From: Escherichia coli
GTDB taxonomy: Bacteria; Pseudomonadota; Gammaproteobacteria; Enterobacterales; Enterobacteriaceae
DNA: 64,000 bases
Reading direction: 5' to 3' (one strand)
Assembly (NCBI RefSeq): GCF_045037415.1
Contig: NZ_CP173440.1
Shown here piece after piece: positions 48,049-58,100 of the stretch (positions within the stretch are counted from its first letter, which is position 1; each line of letters opens with the position of its first letter). A program made the position numbers and the translations under genes. The notes below the pieces were generated by a model. The model made no database searches, was not told where the DNA came from, and saw only the letters and a list, made by a program, of their open reading frames with translations.

Positions 48049-48897
48049 ATGAAAAGAACAATGTCAGCTGTACTGACCTGCACTCTCCTTGCAGGATGCG
48101 CGACACAACCATCGAGTCCAGAAAACCGTATGTTCACAAAAGAACACGGTGTTTACTGGCATGCCGATCCTCAAAAGTCAGTTGCAACGAACGCATACGC
48201 ACTTGCAGGTGTACCAGTAAATGTAGATGAGGCAGAGAATTCAGGAGGGGGAGTTGATGAAGGTCTTGCTTCAAAAATGCTCCTGAACACCGCCACCGGT
48301 GTAATAACAGGCGGGCTTAAAGCTGGAATTGGGATGTTTACGGCATCACTATACAGCGAGGCTGATGCTGAATTTCTAATGGTTCCACAGAGTGTGGTTT
48401 TCGTTTCTAATCCTCGCAATCTTGCTTATGACGACCCATCACTTATAAAAGAAGGGGCTAGAATTGTTATCGAGTCAATAAAGGACCAACCTAAAATTTT
48501 GGGTGCAACTTATGAAGGCCAAATCAACGCCTTGAATGCATGCACAATCACAAAATCTATAATGGGACCTTGGGATAGTTGCGAACTTAAATCAAAGGTG
48601 GAAAATTCAGGGGATGTAGGAAGTGAGTTCTTCAAATACCAGGTTATCCGGCCAGCAACTGGTGATGAATTAGCTCAGCTTTCGTTGCCAAAAGGTAATT
48701 ACTCGATAATTCGATATACTAATATTTTTAGTAAGAATGCTACATTTATGACTAATAACTTTCCAGGTTTTATTCTACAGCCTCAATCAAAGAAAACAGC
48801 ACCTGGATTTCCTAGTGTGACAATTAATAATCTTGAATACTATTTTGTTAAAGGTGATCTTGGTAAAAAAGGATTTCCTCATAAGAAAGTAATTTAA
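48049..48897 (+). CDS. Lipoprotein (282 aa)
   Basis: Signal peptide with a lipobox, MKRTMSAVLTCTLLAGC. Confidence 0.65.
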   Translation: MKRTMSAVLTCTLLAGCATQPSSPENRMFTKEHGVYWHADPQKSVATNAYALAGVPVNVDEAENSGGGVDEGLASKMLLNTATGVITGGLKAGIGMFTASLYSEADAEFLMVPQSVVFVSNPRNLAYDDPSLIKEGARIVIESIKDQPKILGATYEGQINALNACTITKSIMGPWDSCELKSKVENSGDVGSEFFKYQVIRPATGDELAQLSLPKGNYSIIRYTNIFSKNATFMTNNFPGFILQPQSKKTAPGFPSVTINNLEYYFVKGDLGKKGFPHKKVI

Positions 48898-48920
48898 TCC
48901 GAATATGTCAGTAAACGGAA

Positions 48921-48938
48921 AGGCCGGGTCTCCGGCCT
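48921..48938. terminator. Bidirectional terminator hairpin
   Basis: AGGCCGG-GTCT-CCGGCCT sits between the convergent stops at 48897 (+) and 48946 (-). T-runs flank it on both strands. Confidence 0.6.
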
Positions 48939-48945
48939 TCTGCTT

Positions 48946-51900
48946 TTAATTAATTGAATTACCAGTTACAGGATCAACGTAGACAGAGCCTACCTCACAT
49001 ACACTTGGTCTCGGAAGGTATGAACAATCTACATTGCTGCCATTAATTGCCTGCACATTCTCTTCTCTCGCTTTGGTCATATTGATACTACCCCCCATCG
49101 ACTCCAGTGTTCGCTCCGAGGATAATTGCGCTTCGTTATTTTTATATGGCCCCATATTAGCTACAGTACTCTCTGTGAATGCTGCGTATTCATCCGGGAC
49201 TTCCCCCGCTACAACAGCTGATTCAATATACTCAGTCATATCTATTTTATCCCAGTCAAGTTGTTGCACCTGTGAGATAGTTAATCCCACACAACCACTT
49301 TCTACTGGTTTAATTCCCAATTGCGGATATGCCTGCTGCATTATTACTCTTGATAATAAAGAGTTATAACAGCACATGTCGGTAGCTTTTTTAATGCACT
49401 TCTTAGTGAAGCCAACGTTTAGATATTTAACACAACGATCGGTATCAATGACAAAACATGCCCCTTGGTTTTTGTGAATTGACGCTTCCATCTCTTTTTG
49501 GTCACAAGCCAGAAGCATTTCGAGAAGCATTTTTGTGATTTGATAGGCAGTATATATCCAACCAACTATGTTTAAAGCTAACATAAAATTCTGAACAGCA
49601 CTGGAGAAAACTGCCTGTCCAAGTTGTGTGGTGGCCGTCTTATCAAACACAAAGTCCCTGATTGCATCGGGCAACATGTCGTAAGCTTTATTCATCAACT
49701 GCTGTTTTATTGCAGCAAGGCCGCCGGTCTGTAAGCCGTCTTTGGTGAGTTCTGTTGTAACAGCGGAACCTCCCCCTTCAACTGTTGAAGAGCCAATAAG
49801 TCTCGAGACGTTTCCTGCAATTGATTCATAAGCAGAAGTTAGCGGTTCAGTCACACGTTGCCACATTTGGCCCACGCTTGAAGATACACCTGAGGTCCAT
49901 TGTCCGACAGAGTTCGTCATCGATGCCCACGTACCTGACTCACCACCAGTCCAGGTTGTCAGCTTTGCTGAAATTTTTTCCCAGTTTGTATTTCTGAGCA
50001 TTGTACCGGCTAATATAATTGCCTCTAGTTTCCCAGCTGCACCTTGAGGAGCTTCACAACAATCCGTTTTTGCCAACCCGTTTACAAAGCCTACAGAACG
50101 GCCACACCATTGCTTCTCTCCGGAGAACACAATGCAACTGTTGGGGTCGTTAGGGTCACTACACATAGCATCACCCTGCATGTTCTGAACCATGCTGCTA
50201 TAGGCTGCGACCTTACCGAAATCACTGTTTTGTTCATTCGCACCGGTATTACAAGTACCTCCTGAACATGGGATCATACCAACGCAGGTGTTTGCTTCGT
50301 TTGTTACTGTCACAGTCTTTGTGATTCCTTCATCACAGGTCCATTTTTGTTCGTACATGTAACACTGATTAGTAGCAGAATCGAACCATCCCTCAGCGCA
50401 TGTTTGGCTGGACATAGTGCATGCAGAGTTTGTCGAGTATTTTGAACATGCATCAGGCATATTCTTTATCTGGTCATAGTTGTAACAAGCTTCATTGCCA
50501 TTCTCATCTTTAAGAATATTTCCTGATGCATCATACTGGCATAATTTTTCTTTCCCTAAAGGATCACAAAAATATCCTTCAAGATTAGTTTTCCATGTTA
50601 AGACACCTTTATCACCATCATATAATGGTGAAGCATATTGCAATATAGACTGTGGCAAACGTTTTGTGCCAACATCTAAGTCTGAATACCGATCGAACCT
50701 GCAAAATGAACCAGCTTGCTTGACAACGTCATAACAACCTGGAGGATCCTGTATATGCTTGTCTTCAAGCTTAATATTGTCAAAAATAAGCTCTACTTCA
50801 AAGTATCCTTCCCCACCACCTCCGACCCATACCGTAGAAGACATCTCAACTTCATGATCAGTTTCTTTATAAACGGAGTTTGCAACCTGGCTTGTTATAT
50901 CAATAGGTTCCTTTAATTTATTCGATTTATTTCTCTCCATGCCATTACGTGGTGGGCCATAACCAGGTTCGCGATATTCACCATCGATATGAGCAAAAAT
51001 CTGCTTACCATCAAGATTGACTTGCATGTGGTCATCCCACTCAGCATTTACTATGCTTGCTGATTTTAAGATAGCGTCTTGGTGGAAATGAAGGGTCATG
51101 CTGTTGTCATAAACACCAGTAGACCAGTAATCATTACCACGCTTTCCGAACCATACACGTATGCAATTATCGCCACATACGCTTAGGTCACCATTCCCGC
51201 CTGAGATGTACACTGGAACACTGAAGTCGCGAGTAATAGTGCAACTACCATAATTATCTTTTTTAGGTGCATTGCAGTAATATTCCTTATAATCAGGAAT
51301 ATGTTTTTCTTTTGTTGTGGTAGTTGTCTGTGTTGAACAGTTTTGCAGCCATTGACCCGTTCCAGCTGCAGCGTTCGCTATTTCATTTCTGCCACTTGTA
51401 AACATTGGGTCATTTGGCGAAATATTAGGGGCTGGATTGGATTTTGTTGCAGCCACCAGCGAACGATATGCTTGCCCATCATAACTATTAGCAGTGAATA
51501 ACTGACTCTTACGAGTTTTTATATCGTTAATGAATCCTTTCTCGTCACCATAACTATCACCAGCATTAAACTGAACATCAGCATTATTTTGCTCTGAACT
51601 ATACATTTCAGCTGTATTAGTACTAGTGATCGCGCCTCCAGGATTGGGGTTGTTACTTATAGATATACTTCCATCTTGGTTACGTGAAAGTAACTTTCCA
51701 CCGTTTTCTGAACCTTTTATGTTTATATTATTACCGTTCATGTTGGGTAGCATTACCGTACCAGCGATGTCCGAACCATCAGTTTTGGCATAATTCAAAA
51801 CATCATCATTTGTGAATGTTTTCCCACCATATTTCTTCAGGTCCATTGACGAACTGTTAGTACTATCAAAACCATTTATTTTGTCGGTATAAGAAGGATT

Positions 51901-52131
51901 TTCACTATTCTTATATTTTTCTAAAATGTCCTCTGTAGTTACTGTTGAAGTTCTGTTCGCTGCAGGATTAGAAAGATCAAAATTGTTTTCCAGTTGTTCA
52001 TAAATTTCGTTTGCCGCATAGACTTTCGGTGCCATCACTATATTGATAAGCGTGACATAATACGCCCAACTGAGCGTATTAGTTACGATTGACACAGCTA
52101 CGGCTAAGGAAACTGCCCTTTTAAATTGCAT
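48946..52131 (-). CDS. trhN: TraN/TrhN-like outer-membrane mating-pair stabilisation protein
   Basis: 1061 aa with a signal peptide and a very Cys-rich C-terminal half. Its position after traU/traW matches the IncHI Tra2 order. Confidence 0.75.
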   Translation of the reverse strand: MQFKRAVSLAVAVSIVTNTLSWAYYVTLINIVMAPKVYAANEIYEQLENNFDLSNPAANRTSTVTTEDILEKYKNSENPSYTDKINGFDSTNSSSMDLKKYGGKTFTNDDVLNYAKTDGSDIAGTVMLPNMNGNNINIKGSENGGKLLSRNQDGSISISNNPNPGGAITSTNTAEMYSSEQNNADVQFNAGDSYGDEKGFINDIKTRKSQLFTANSYDGQAYRSLVAATKSNPAPNISPNDPMFTSGRNEIANAAAGTGQWLQNCSTQTTTTTKEKHIPDYKEYYCNAPKKDNYGSCTITRDFSVPVYISGGNGDLSVCGDNCIRVWFGKRGNDYWSTGVYDNSMTLHFHQDAILKSASIVNAEWDDHMQVNLDGKQIFAHIDGEYREPGYGPPRNGMERNKSNKLKEPIDITSQVANSVYKETDHEVEMSSTVWVGGGGEGYFEVELIFDNIKLEDKHIQDPPGCYDVVKQAGSFCRFDRYSDLDVGTKRLPQSILQYASPLYDGDKGVLTWKTNLEGYFCDPLGKEKLCQYDASGNILKDENGNEACYNYDQIKNMPDACSKYSTNSACTMSSQTCAEGWFDSATNQCYMYEQKWTCDEGITKTVTVTNEANTCVGMIPCSGGTCNTGANEQNSDFGKVAAYSSMVQNMQGDAMCSDPNDPNSCIVFSGEKQWCGRSVGFVNGLAKTDCCEAPQGAAGKLEAIILAGTMLRNTNWEKISAKLTTWTGGESGTWASMTNSVGQWTSGVSSSVGQMWQRVTEPLTSAYESIAGNVSRLIGSSTVEGGGSAVTTELTKDGLQTGGLAAIKQQLMNKAYDMLPDAIRDFVFDKTATTQLGQAVFSSAVQNFMLALNIVGWIYTAYQITKMLLEMLLACDQKEMEASIHKNQGACFVIDTDRCVKYLNVGFTKKCIKKATDMCCYNSLLSRVIMQQAYPQLGIKPVESGCVGLTISQVQQLDWDKIDMTEYIESAVVAGEVPDEYAAFTESTVANMGPYKNNEAQLSSERTLESMGGSINMTKAREENVQAINGSNVDCSYLPRPSVCEVGSVYVDPVTGNSIN

Positions 52132-52140
52132 CTCGACTCC

Positions 52141-53178
52141 TTAACCCAGCCACCTTACGCAGCAATCGTTATAACGCCAAAGCATGTATACATAGTTATT
52201 TACACCTATACGTTTTCGTCCGCCCTTCCGTGTCGACCAGTCATGAACAGAATCTCCAAGTCTATGACAACATTCCGGTCCTTCTGCTTCCGGTACGGGA
52301 TACAGCATCGATAGCCTGTACTGTGATCTAGGCATGAAATAACTGAACCTGCGTTCGCACATAGCGTCCTGGCCCATGGTTTTCATCAACATTCCTTGCC
52401 TGTGCAACTTGGTAATCATTCGTTGAGTTAATAATGAGGAAACCCGGACTGAATCGTCATTCGCAAAAACATGGCCGGTTAGCGGATAGAGGTTACCATC
52501 ACAACCTGCACAAAAATGGGCACTCAGATTGTCAGCCCCAGCTGTAACCTTCACACAGTCAGCCGCGCACCACATTGAAGCAATAGGATTTGCGAAAACA
52601 ACTGCCTCAGGATTTAATACGAGCGTAAGCAGGTCATTTTCCCAGAGCGGGTCTACTTCACTAATGTAGGTAAGAGATGGGTCAATATAAGGCTCAGCGG
52701 TACAATCCCCCATAATGAGGAGCTTAAGCATCACCAGGATCGGAAACTCCCATAAGTGAACATCATAAAACCCTGCCTCATTACCCCCTTTGGGCCTGTT
52801 AGTTGCTCCTTTCCCCATATCGAAGCTGGAAGACTGAAGACTCACCCCTTCAAGGAATGGCGAACACCATGGGGACTGTACAACCTCTACTATTTTTACT
52901 GGTTGGAAAAACGACAGTTGCCATCCTACCTCTGGGACCCCATTTTGATCTGTGCAATAACATACTGGCTGAGATGGTGCAGCCCCTTCTGGTGATGAGC
53001 CTACTCCCATAATGCGCATTGGAAAAATACAGCTCCAACAGATGTTTTTAATCAAACCTTTCCAAACACCAGCCGATTGACAGATTCCGCTACCCGTCTC
53101 AGCCCCAATCGCCATTCCTGGTAAAGCCAGGCTGAGCATGACAGCAGTGAATGCTGACAAAAGTAACTTTCGAATCAT
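52141..53178 (-). CDS. trhU: TraU/TrhU T4SS pilus-assembly protein
   Basis: By-eye alignment with F TraU: ICWSCIFP, LNPEAVVFANPIA, KLHRQGMLM and YMLWRYNDCC. Confidence 0.9.
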   Translation of the reverse strand: MIRKLLLSAFTAVMLSLALPGMAIGAETGSGICQSAGVWKGLIKNICWSCIFPMRIMGVGSSPEGAAPSQPVCYCTDQNGVPEVGWQLSFFQPVKIVEVVQSPWCSPFLEGVSLQSSSFDMGKGATNRPKGGNEAGFYDVHLWEFPILVMLKLLIMGDCTAEPYIDPSLTYISEVDPLWENDLLTLVLNPEAVVFANPIASMWCAADCVKVTAGADNLSAHFCAGCDGNLYPLTGHVFANDDSVRVSSLLTQRMITKLHRQGMLMKTMGQDAMCERRFSYFMPRSQYRLSMLYPVPEAEGPECCHRLGDSVHDWSTRKGGRKRIGVNNYVYMLWRYNDCCVRWLG

Positions 53179-54536
53179 TGAGCGGCCTCTTTTTCTGATT
53201 GCTGATTTATACGCGTATACTCGCGTACATCTGCCTGAGCAAACTGCTGTACTTTGAAGTAGGTTCCTTCAACCGATATGATCGTAGGAGTGGACTTAAT
53301 CAGGAACCGGCTAATTATTTCAGGATTGATTTTGTACATCTGCCCATAGAACTGGCCGCGCAACTCCTCTAAATGCTTCCAGCCATCATCACGTTTGATC
53401 CGCGTAAAAATGGGCATCACTTTTCCTTCGCCAAAACGGTGACGAAACTGTATTTTGGCCCATGTCAGCTGCTCGGAATTCATTGGGTCAAAAACGATCA
53501 TTGTCAGTTTCTGTGGAAATTGAGCAAGAGGATTTCCCTTCTGCCCAGCGGCAGCAATGAGGTTACCCTGGTTATCTCTAATATCTTGGTTTACCTGAAT
53601 TGTTGGGTCGATATACCAGATTTTATTCTCGTCAGATACGGGAAGGGACGCCATCCACTGATTTTGCCAAGTTGATTTTATTGCGTTCTTTTTGGCCGCC
53701 TCCCAGTCATATTTATTACTTCTCTCCTCAAGTTCCTGTACAATACTTTTCTCTTTTATAGGGAATGTTTGGGCTGAAACCGGGAAGGTTGTTTTTTCTG
53801 GGTTTTCCTCGATCTGTTTCATGAAATACTTTATGTTAATCGACCCACTAATCTTGTAGGTTTTATCATCTTTTCTGTACACCATCGTTGGAACTTCTTT
53901 TACGCTATACTGGGTAAAACTTTCCGGATCGAGGGTGACTAAAGGTTCTTTTTTTATTTTTGCTTTAGATATATAATCACGCAGCACTACCTGCATCTGA
54001 ATAAGGTTTTCTACACCTTCCTTAAGCCCCCTGAACACCACGCGCGCATTGTTTTCCGATGCTGTTTTAATCAGGTCTATCAATACATAGTCTGGCATGC
54101 TGAATGATGCAAATATTGTCAAGCCATTATCAGTCGATAGTTCTTCATTTTTGTTGTTATCTAATTTACGTTCGAAGTCCTGTGCAGTAATCCCCGACCT
54201 CCCAAACATTTTTTCAACGTTGGAAGACTGGGTTCGCATTGACTCGTTTTTTGACTTGTTAATTGTGTCTGCCTCTTCAGAGAAGGCCTCTGTAGACTGA
54301 TTCTTTTTTATGTCCTGCGCAATATCACTCATCGCTTCCGCTTCTCGCAGCTTACCTGTGTGTTCTATCACCGCACGCACACTGTCGGAGACAGAGCTGG
54401 GATTGTACCGGGGTGTGCCGACAATCGACTCTATGCTTTGAGTCTTTGCATGATCAATAGAGTCATCGGCATATGACAGAGAAGTAGCTAACAGGCAGCT
54501 AAAAAGTAACTTTTTAATACATTCAGAAGATGGCAT
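53175..54536 (-). CDS. trhW: TraW/TrhW-like T4SS protein (long IncH-type form)
   Basis: Taken from the Met at 54536, the signal peptide reads MPSSECIKKLLFSCLLATSLSYA. Gene order is peptidase-W-U-N. The ORF-track start at 54611 is probably too far upstream. Confidence 0.7.
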   Translation of the reverse strand: MPSSECIKKLLFSCLLATSLSYADDSIDHAKTQSIESIVGTPRYNPSSVSDSVRAVIEHTGKLREAEAMSDIAQDIKKNQSTEAFSEEADTINKSKNESMRTQSSNVEKMFGRSGITAQDFERKLDNNKNEELSTDNGLTIFASFSMPDYVLIDLIKTASENNARVVFRGLKEGVENLIQMQVVLRDYISKAKIKKEPLVTLDPESFTQYSVKEVPTMVYRKDDKTYKISGSINIKYFMKQIEENPEKTTFPVSAQTFPIKEKSIVQELEERSNKYDWEAAKKNAIKSTWQNQWMASLPVSDENKIWYIDPTIQVNQDIRDNQGNLIAAAGQKGNPLAQFPQKLTMIVFDPMNSEQLTWAKIQFRHRFGEGKVMPIFTRIKRDDGWKHLEELRGQFYGQMYKINPEIISRFLIKSTPTIISVEGTYFKVQQFAQADVREYTRINQQSEKEAAQ

Positions 54537-55047
54537 ATGCTTTTCCTGTGATTGTCGTTTCTGGTATTGTTCCCCAAAAACGGGAATCCCATGAGTAATC
54601 GGTCTGGCCAACTACGAAAATGTGTCCAGCTGGAACCGTGATTTCACGGTTCAGAATTTGCGGTTCAATATGGTATTTTTTAGCAATACGCCTTCCGTCA
54701 ACCCGGAAAATACGGTCGCCATTTTTAACGTATGTTTCTGTAATCTGGATTTTGTCCCCACTCTTACCAGCAACGATTTTTATAACCTTCTCACCAGGTT
54801 TAATGAATCGAACATCTCTGTCCATGGTGAAGTTAATCATATCCCCAATTTCATAGCCCTTATCATATTTATCCACCATGTAATAATCAGCTGGAATACA
54901 GCCGTGCAGGAGTCCATGCCCCAGAGTGAAGCGGGAAAAGAACAGATGCATTAATACCGAGATGATCACCAGGTGCAGAATCAGTGATTTATCAACTCGT
55001 AAAACACCTCTTCTGTGCGGAGAAAGATATCTAAGGGACATCAACAT
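54523..55047 (-). CDS. trhP: Conjugative TraF/S26-type signal-peptidase-like protein (TrhP-like)
   Basis: S26 box D-like VVGQTDYSWDSRFWG and a Lys-box IVAGKSGDKIQI. The expected nucleophile motif SxP reads CIP (see findings). Confidence 0.6.
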   Translation of the reverse strand: MLMSLRYLSPHRRGVLRVDKSLILHLVIISVLMHLFFSRFTLGHGLLHGCIPADYYMVDKYDKGYEIGDMINFTMDRDVRFIKPGEKVIKIVAGKSGDKIQITETYVKNGDRIFRVDGRRIAKKYHIEPQILNREITVPAGHIFVVGQTDYSWDSRFWGTIPETTITGKAYAIF

Positions 55048-55184
55048 GAGATGGGTCCTGAATGATTATTTCAGGATATTATGCCCGAAAGGAAGAGACC
55101 ATTTGCTGAATAACAAGATGATTTTAATCATTTACCAAAAAAAATAGCCCCTGACTCAGGGGCTACTCAAGAGAATGACTTATG

Positions 55185-58100
55185 TCAGTTATTCAATGTA
55201 ATGAAACTTGTCGCTGAATCACCGCTGTCATCGTAAGCCGTTATAGACACCACCAGCTTACCCTTATTTTGAGCTTTGGACAGTGTTGCAGTACTTCCGA
55301 ACACACCACGAACCTGATCATTCACCTTCCAAACATAACTGGAAATCTTGCCGTCAGGATCACTGCATTTTGCAGTAAATGCCCAGCTCAGTTGCGTTTC
55401 AGTGTATGTCAGGTTACATGTAGGAGGCGTGTTCGGTATCACGTCAAAATCAACCACAACAACCCCTCTCTGACCCTGCGTACTGACAACGTCCATTTCC
55501 AGTTTATAACTACCTTCCATGATGTTCTCAAACGTCTGTGACCAGTAATTTTTGCCACCATCGACAGGCTTACCATTCAGCTTAAACGTTACATTGTCAA
55601 TTGAGTCTGCCGAGTGGGCAAGCTTAACACTGGACCTCAAGGACAGGTCCAGCGGGGCCCTCATGAACTTGTTAGAGTATTTGGGAGTAACGCTAATTTC
55701 CATCGGACTCTGTTCGTTCACGATAAAAGTGTAATCAACCCGGGCTTCATTGTTCCTGTTATCCTTCAGGACATACGTCAACGTATGTGTACCCGATTTT
55801 GTTACCTGGAACACTTTCGTCCCGTTATTGTCGCTGGACAGCGTCATCACATTTTTGTCGTATTGCCAGTCCTGGGTGAACACAACTCCAGGATAAGAAA
55901 CATCCACACCAGAGACTGATACGGTGAGTTCCGAAGGTATCATGGTGTATTTCAGTTTTGTATTCAGGCGTGGCTCCGGGAATTTGTATACCCAGGATTT
56001 TACGCTGATTTTCCGTTTTGCTATGGTTCTGTCTTTTGCCTCCGGCATGTAGGCCTGATACGTAAACGTTGCATACCCACGTTCATCTAACATGTCTTCG
56101 GTCAGGACGGTATCCAGCAGCCCCCCCTGTTTTACGCTTCCATCAGGGAGCACCCACTCCTGGACAACTTTAGCATCAGATGAGTACTCGATATTAGGGT
56201 TCGTGTAGGTACCCTGCAAAGTAACTTTTTTACCTACCTCTACCTGCGAGTTCCCCTCAACCTTAACCGACAATTTCTTATGCTTAATGACAGTGACACG
56301 AGCACGAGTTTCTTTCCATGCCGATTTCCCGGCCATCTCGTCGGTTTCGGTGTACCGTACTTTTGCAAAGATATACTTTGGCACCTCCGAGGACGTAATC
56401 ATGTATTTAACCCCCCCCTCAGTCCATTCCTCTCCATCCTCTGACCACTGGACTTCAACTGCACTACCTTGTACATCTTCATTGTTATCAGTCAGTGTCA
56501 CCGGGATGCTATGCCCCTCAAGAACCTTTCCAACCGAGATAACAGGTTTAGGTTCCCGGTAAGCAACCACCGTGAGATTATCGGTATATGAGACCTTACC
56601 TGTGTATTTGTTGGTCAGTTTGGCGCGGTAAAGCCACTTACCTACTTCTTTTTGTTTGATGCTTACGCTTCGAAGTCCGGTCATATCTTCAAGCGTATTC
56701 CAGGTTGATCCATTGTTACTGGACATCTGCCATTCAGTCGGACTCAGGGAATCATAATCATCGGTACTTTTCGTTCTGAATGAGACCATTGCTGACAGAG
56801 GAACTCGGCCTACAATAAGCGATTTAGACAGCCCACCTTCGAGGTTGGCCCCTTTATACACCCTGATACTTGTTGTTGATGTCTCACGTTTGAGTACAAA
56901 ATCTTTAAACGGACTGCGTACCGTAGCTACTGCGATGATGCGGTGACTACCCAGAGTCAGATCGTCCATGTTGAGCTCACCGGTCGCAATCCCCTCAGAG
57001 TTAACGGGCAGATCACCGGTCAGAGGAGTTCGCTCAGTTACCGAAACATCTTTACCGGTTTCTTCATCCGTAACCCATTTAGAGGTAACTTTGTAAACCA
57101 CCACATCCCACTGCCCCATTGTGGAGGCATCGTACAATGTACAGTTACAGCTGTTATTCCATTGGCCGATGTTTACCGATACCGGTACTTTCAAACTCGT
57201 TGCTGATTTACGCTCTGCAACTTTCATATAGGCACGAATACTGAAGTTTGGAACAGTATAAACTTTGAGCACACTGGATGACTTTATACTGGCTTCATTT
57301 TCGTAGGAAGCTTCGATGTTTACATTCGTTTGCGTCCACAATGGCGCTGCAGGTACTTTTATACGCTCAGAATAAGTTACCGGCGTATCACCACCTGATT
57401 TATTCTTGTAGGTTTTAGTTTCAGCGTCCTGGCCTTCAACCTTAGTTGTAAGGACAACGTTAGCCGGTACTGATTTTGCAAGCACCTTAGCTGCGTCCCC
57501 ACCAGTGATATAAACCAGTGCTGTATCCTTACCAAGAGTCTCTACCGTTTTACTCATCTTGTATGAAATTTCAGGTGCAAACGGTTCAACGGCTTTAACG
57601 GTTTTACGGTTATGAGTGGCAATGGCTTTAGAGCCTTTTGTATTAATCACATAGACGTTGTAGTCAAGGACGTTATCGCCAACTTTAGAGAAGTAACCCG
57701 TCAGGCCAGGAACTTTAGACTTCGAGTAAAATTCGAGACCAGATGGAACGTTGTTCCACTGAACATAACAGGCCGTTCCATAAACCGCAGTTCCGAACTG
57801 GCTAAGAAACGCCTGAGCGTCTTCTTCAGTAGAGAAAATCTTACAGGTATTCCCTGATTGCTGAGTAACCAGCGAAGTGTAAGGACGGACGTAACCGTAA
57901 ATCGTAGACGCTGATTCGATGGACTTCAGAGTGAAAGTCATCGGCATATAGGTAAAATCGATTGAATAGGTTTTGGATATACCGTTAACATTCTCAGCAA
58001 CAACCGTCAAAGTATGGACTTTGTTTGTTTCGAGTGACGGCATCGGCTTTAACCGGTAGATCCCTTTGACGTTTGTGGGAGTGTATGAAGCCATGACGTT

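Noticed and set aside
47900-48137. Two small minus-strand ORFs (70 and 65 aa) upstream of, and overlapping, the lipoprotein gene start.
   Set aside because: They are AT-rich low-complexity frames in a promoter region, with no RBS or motifs. They overlap the better-supported lipoprotein gene.
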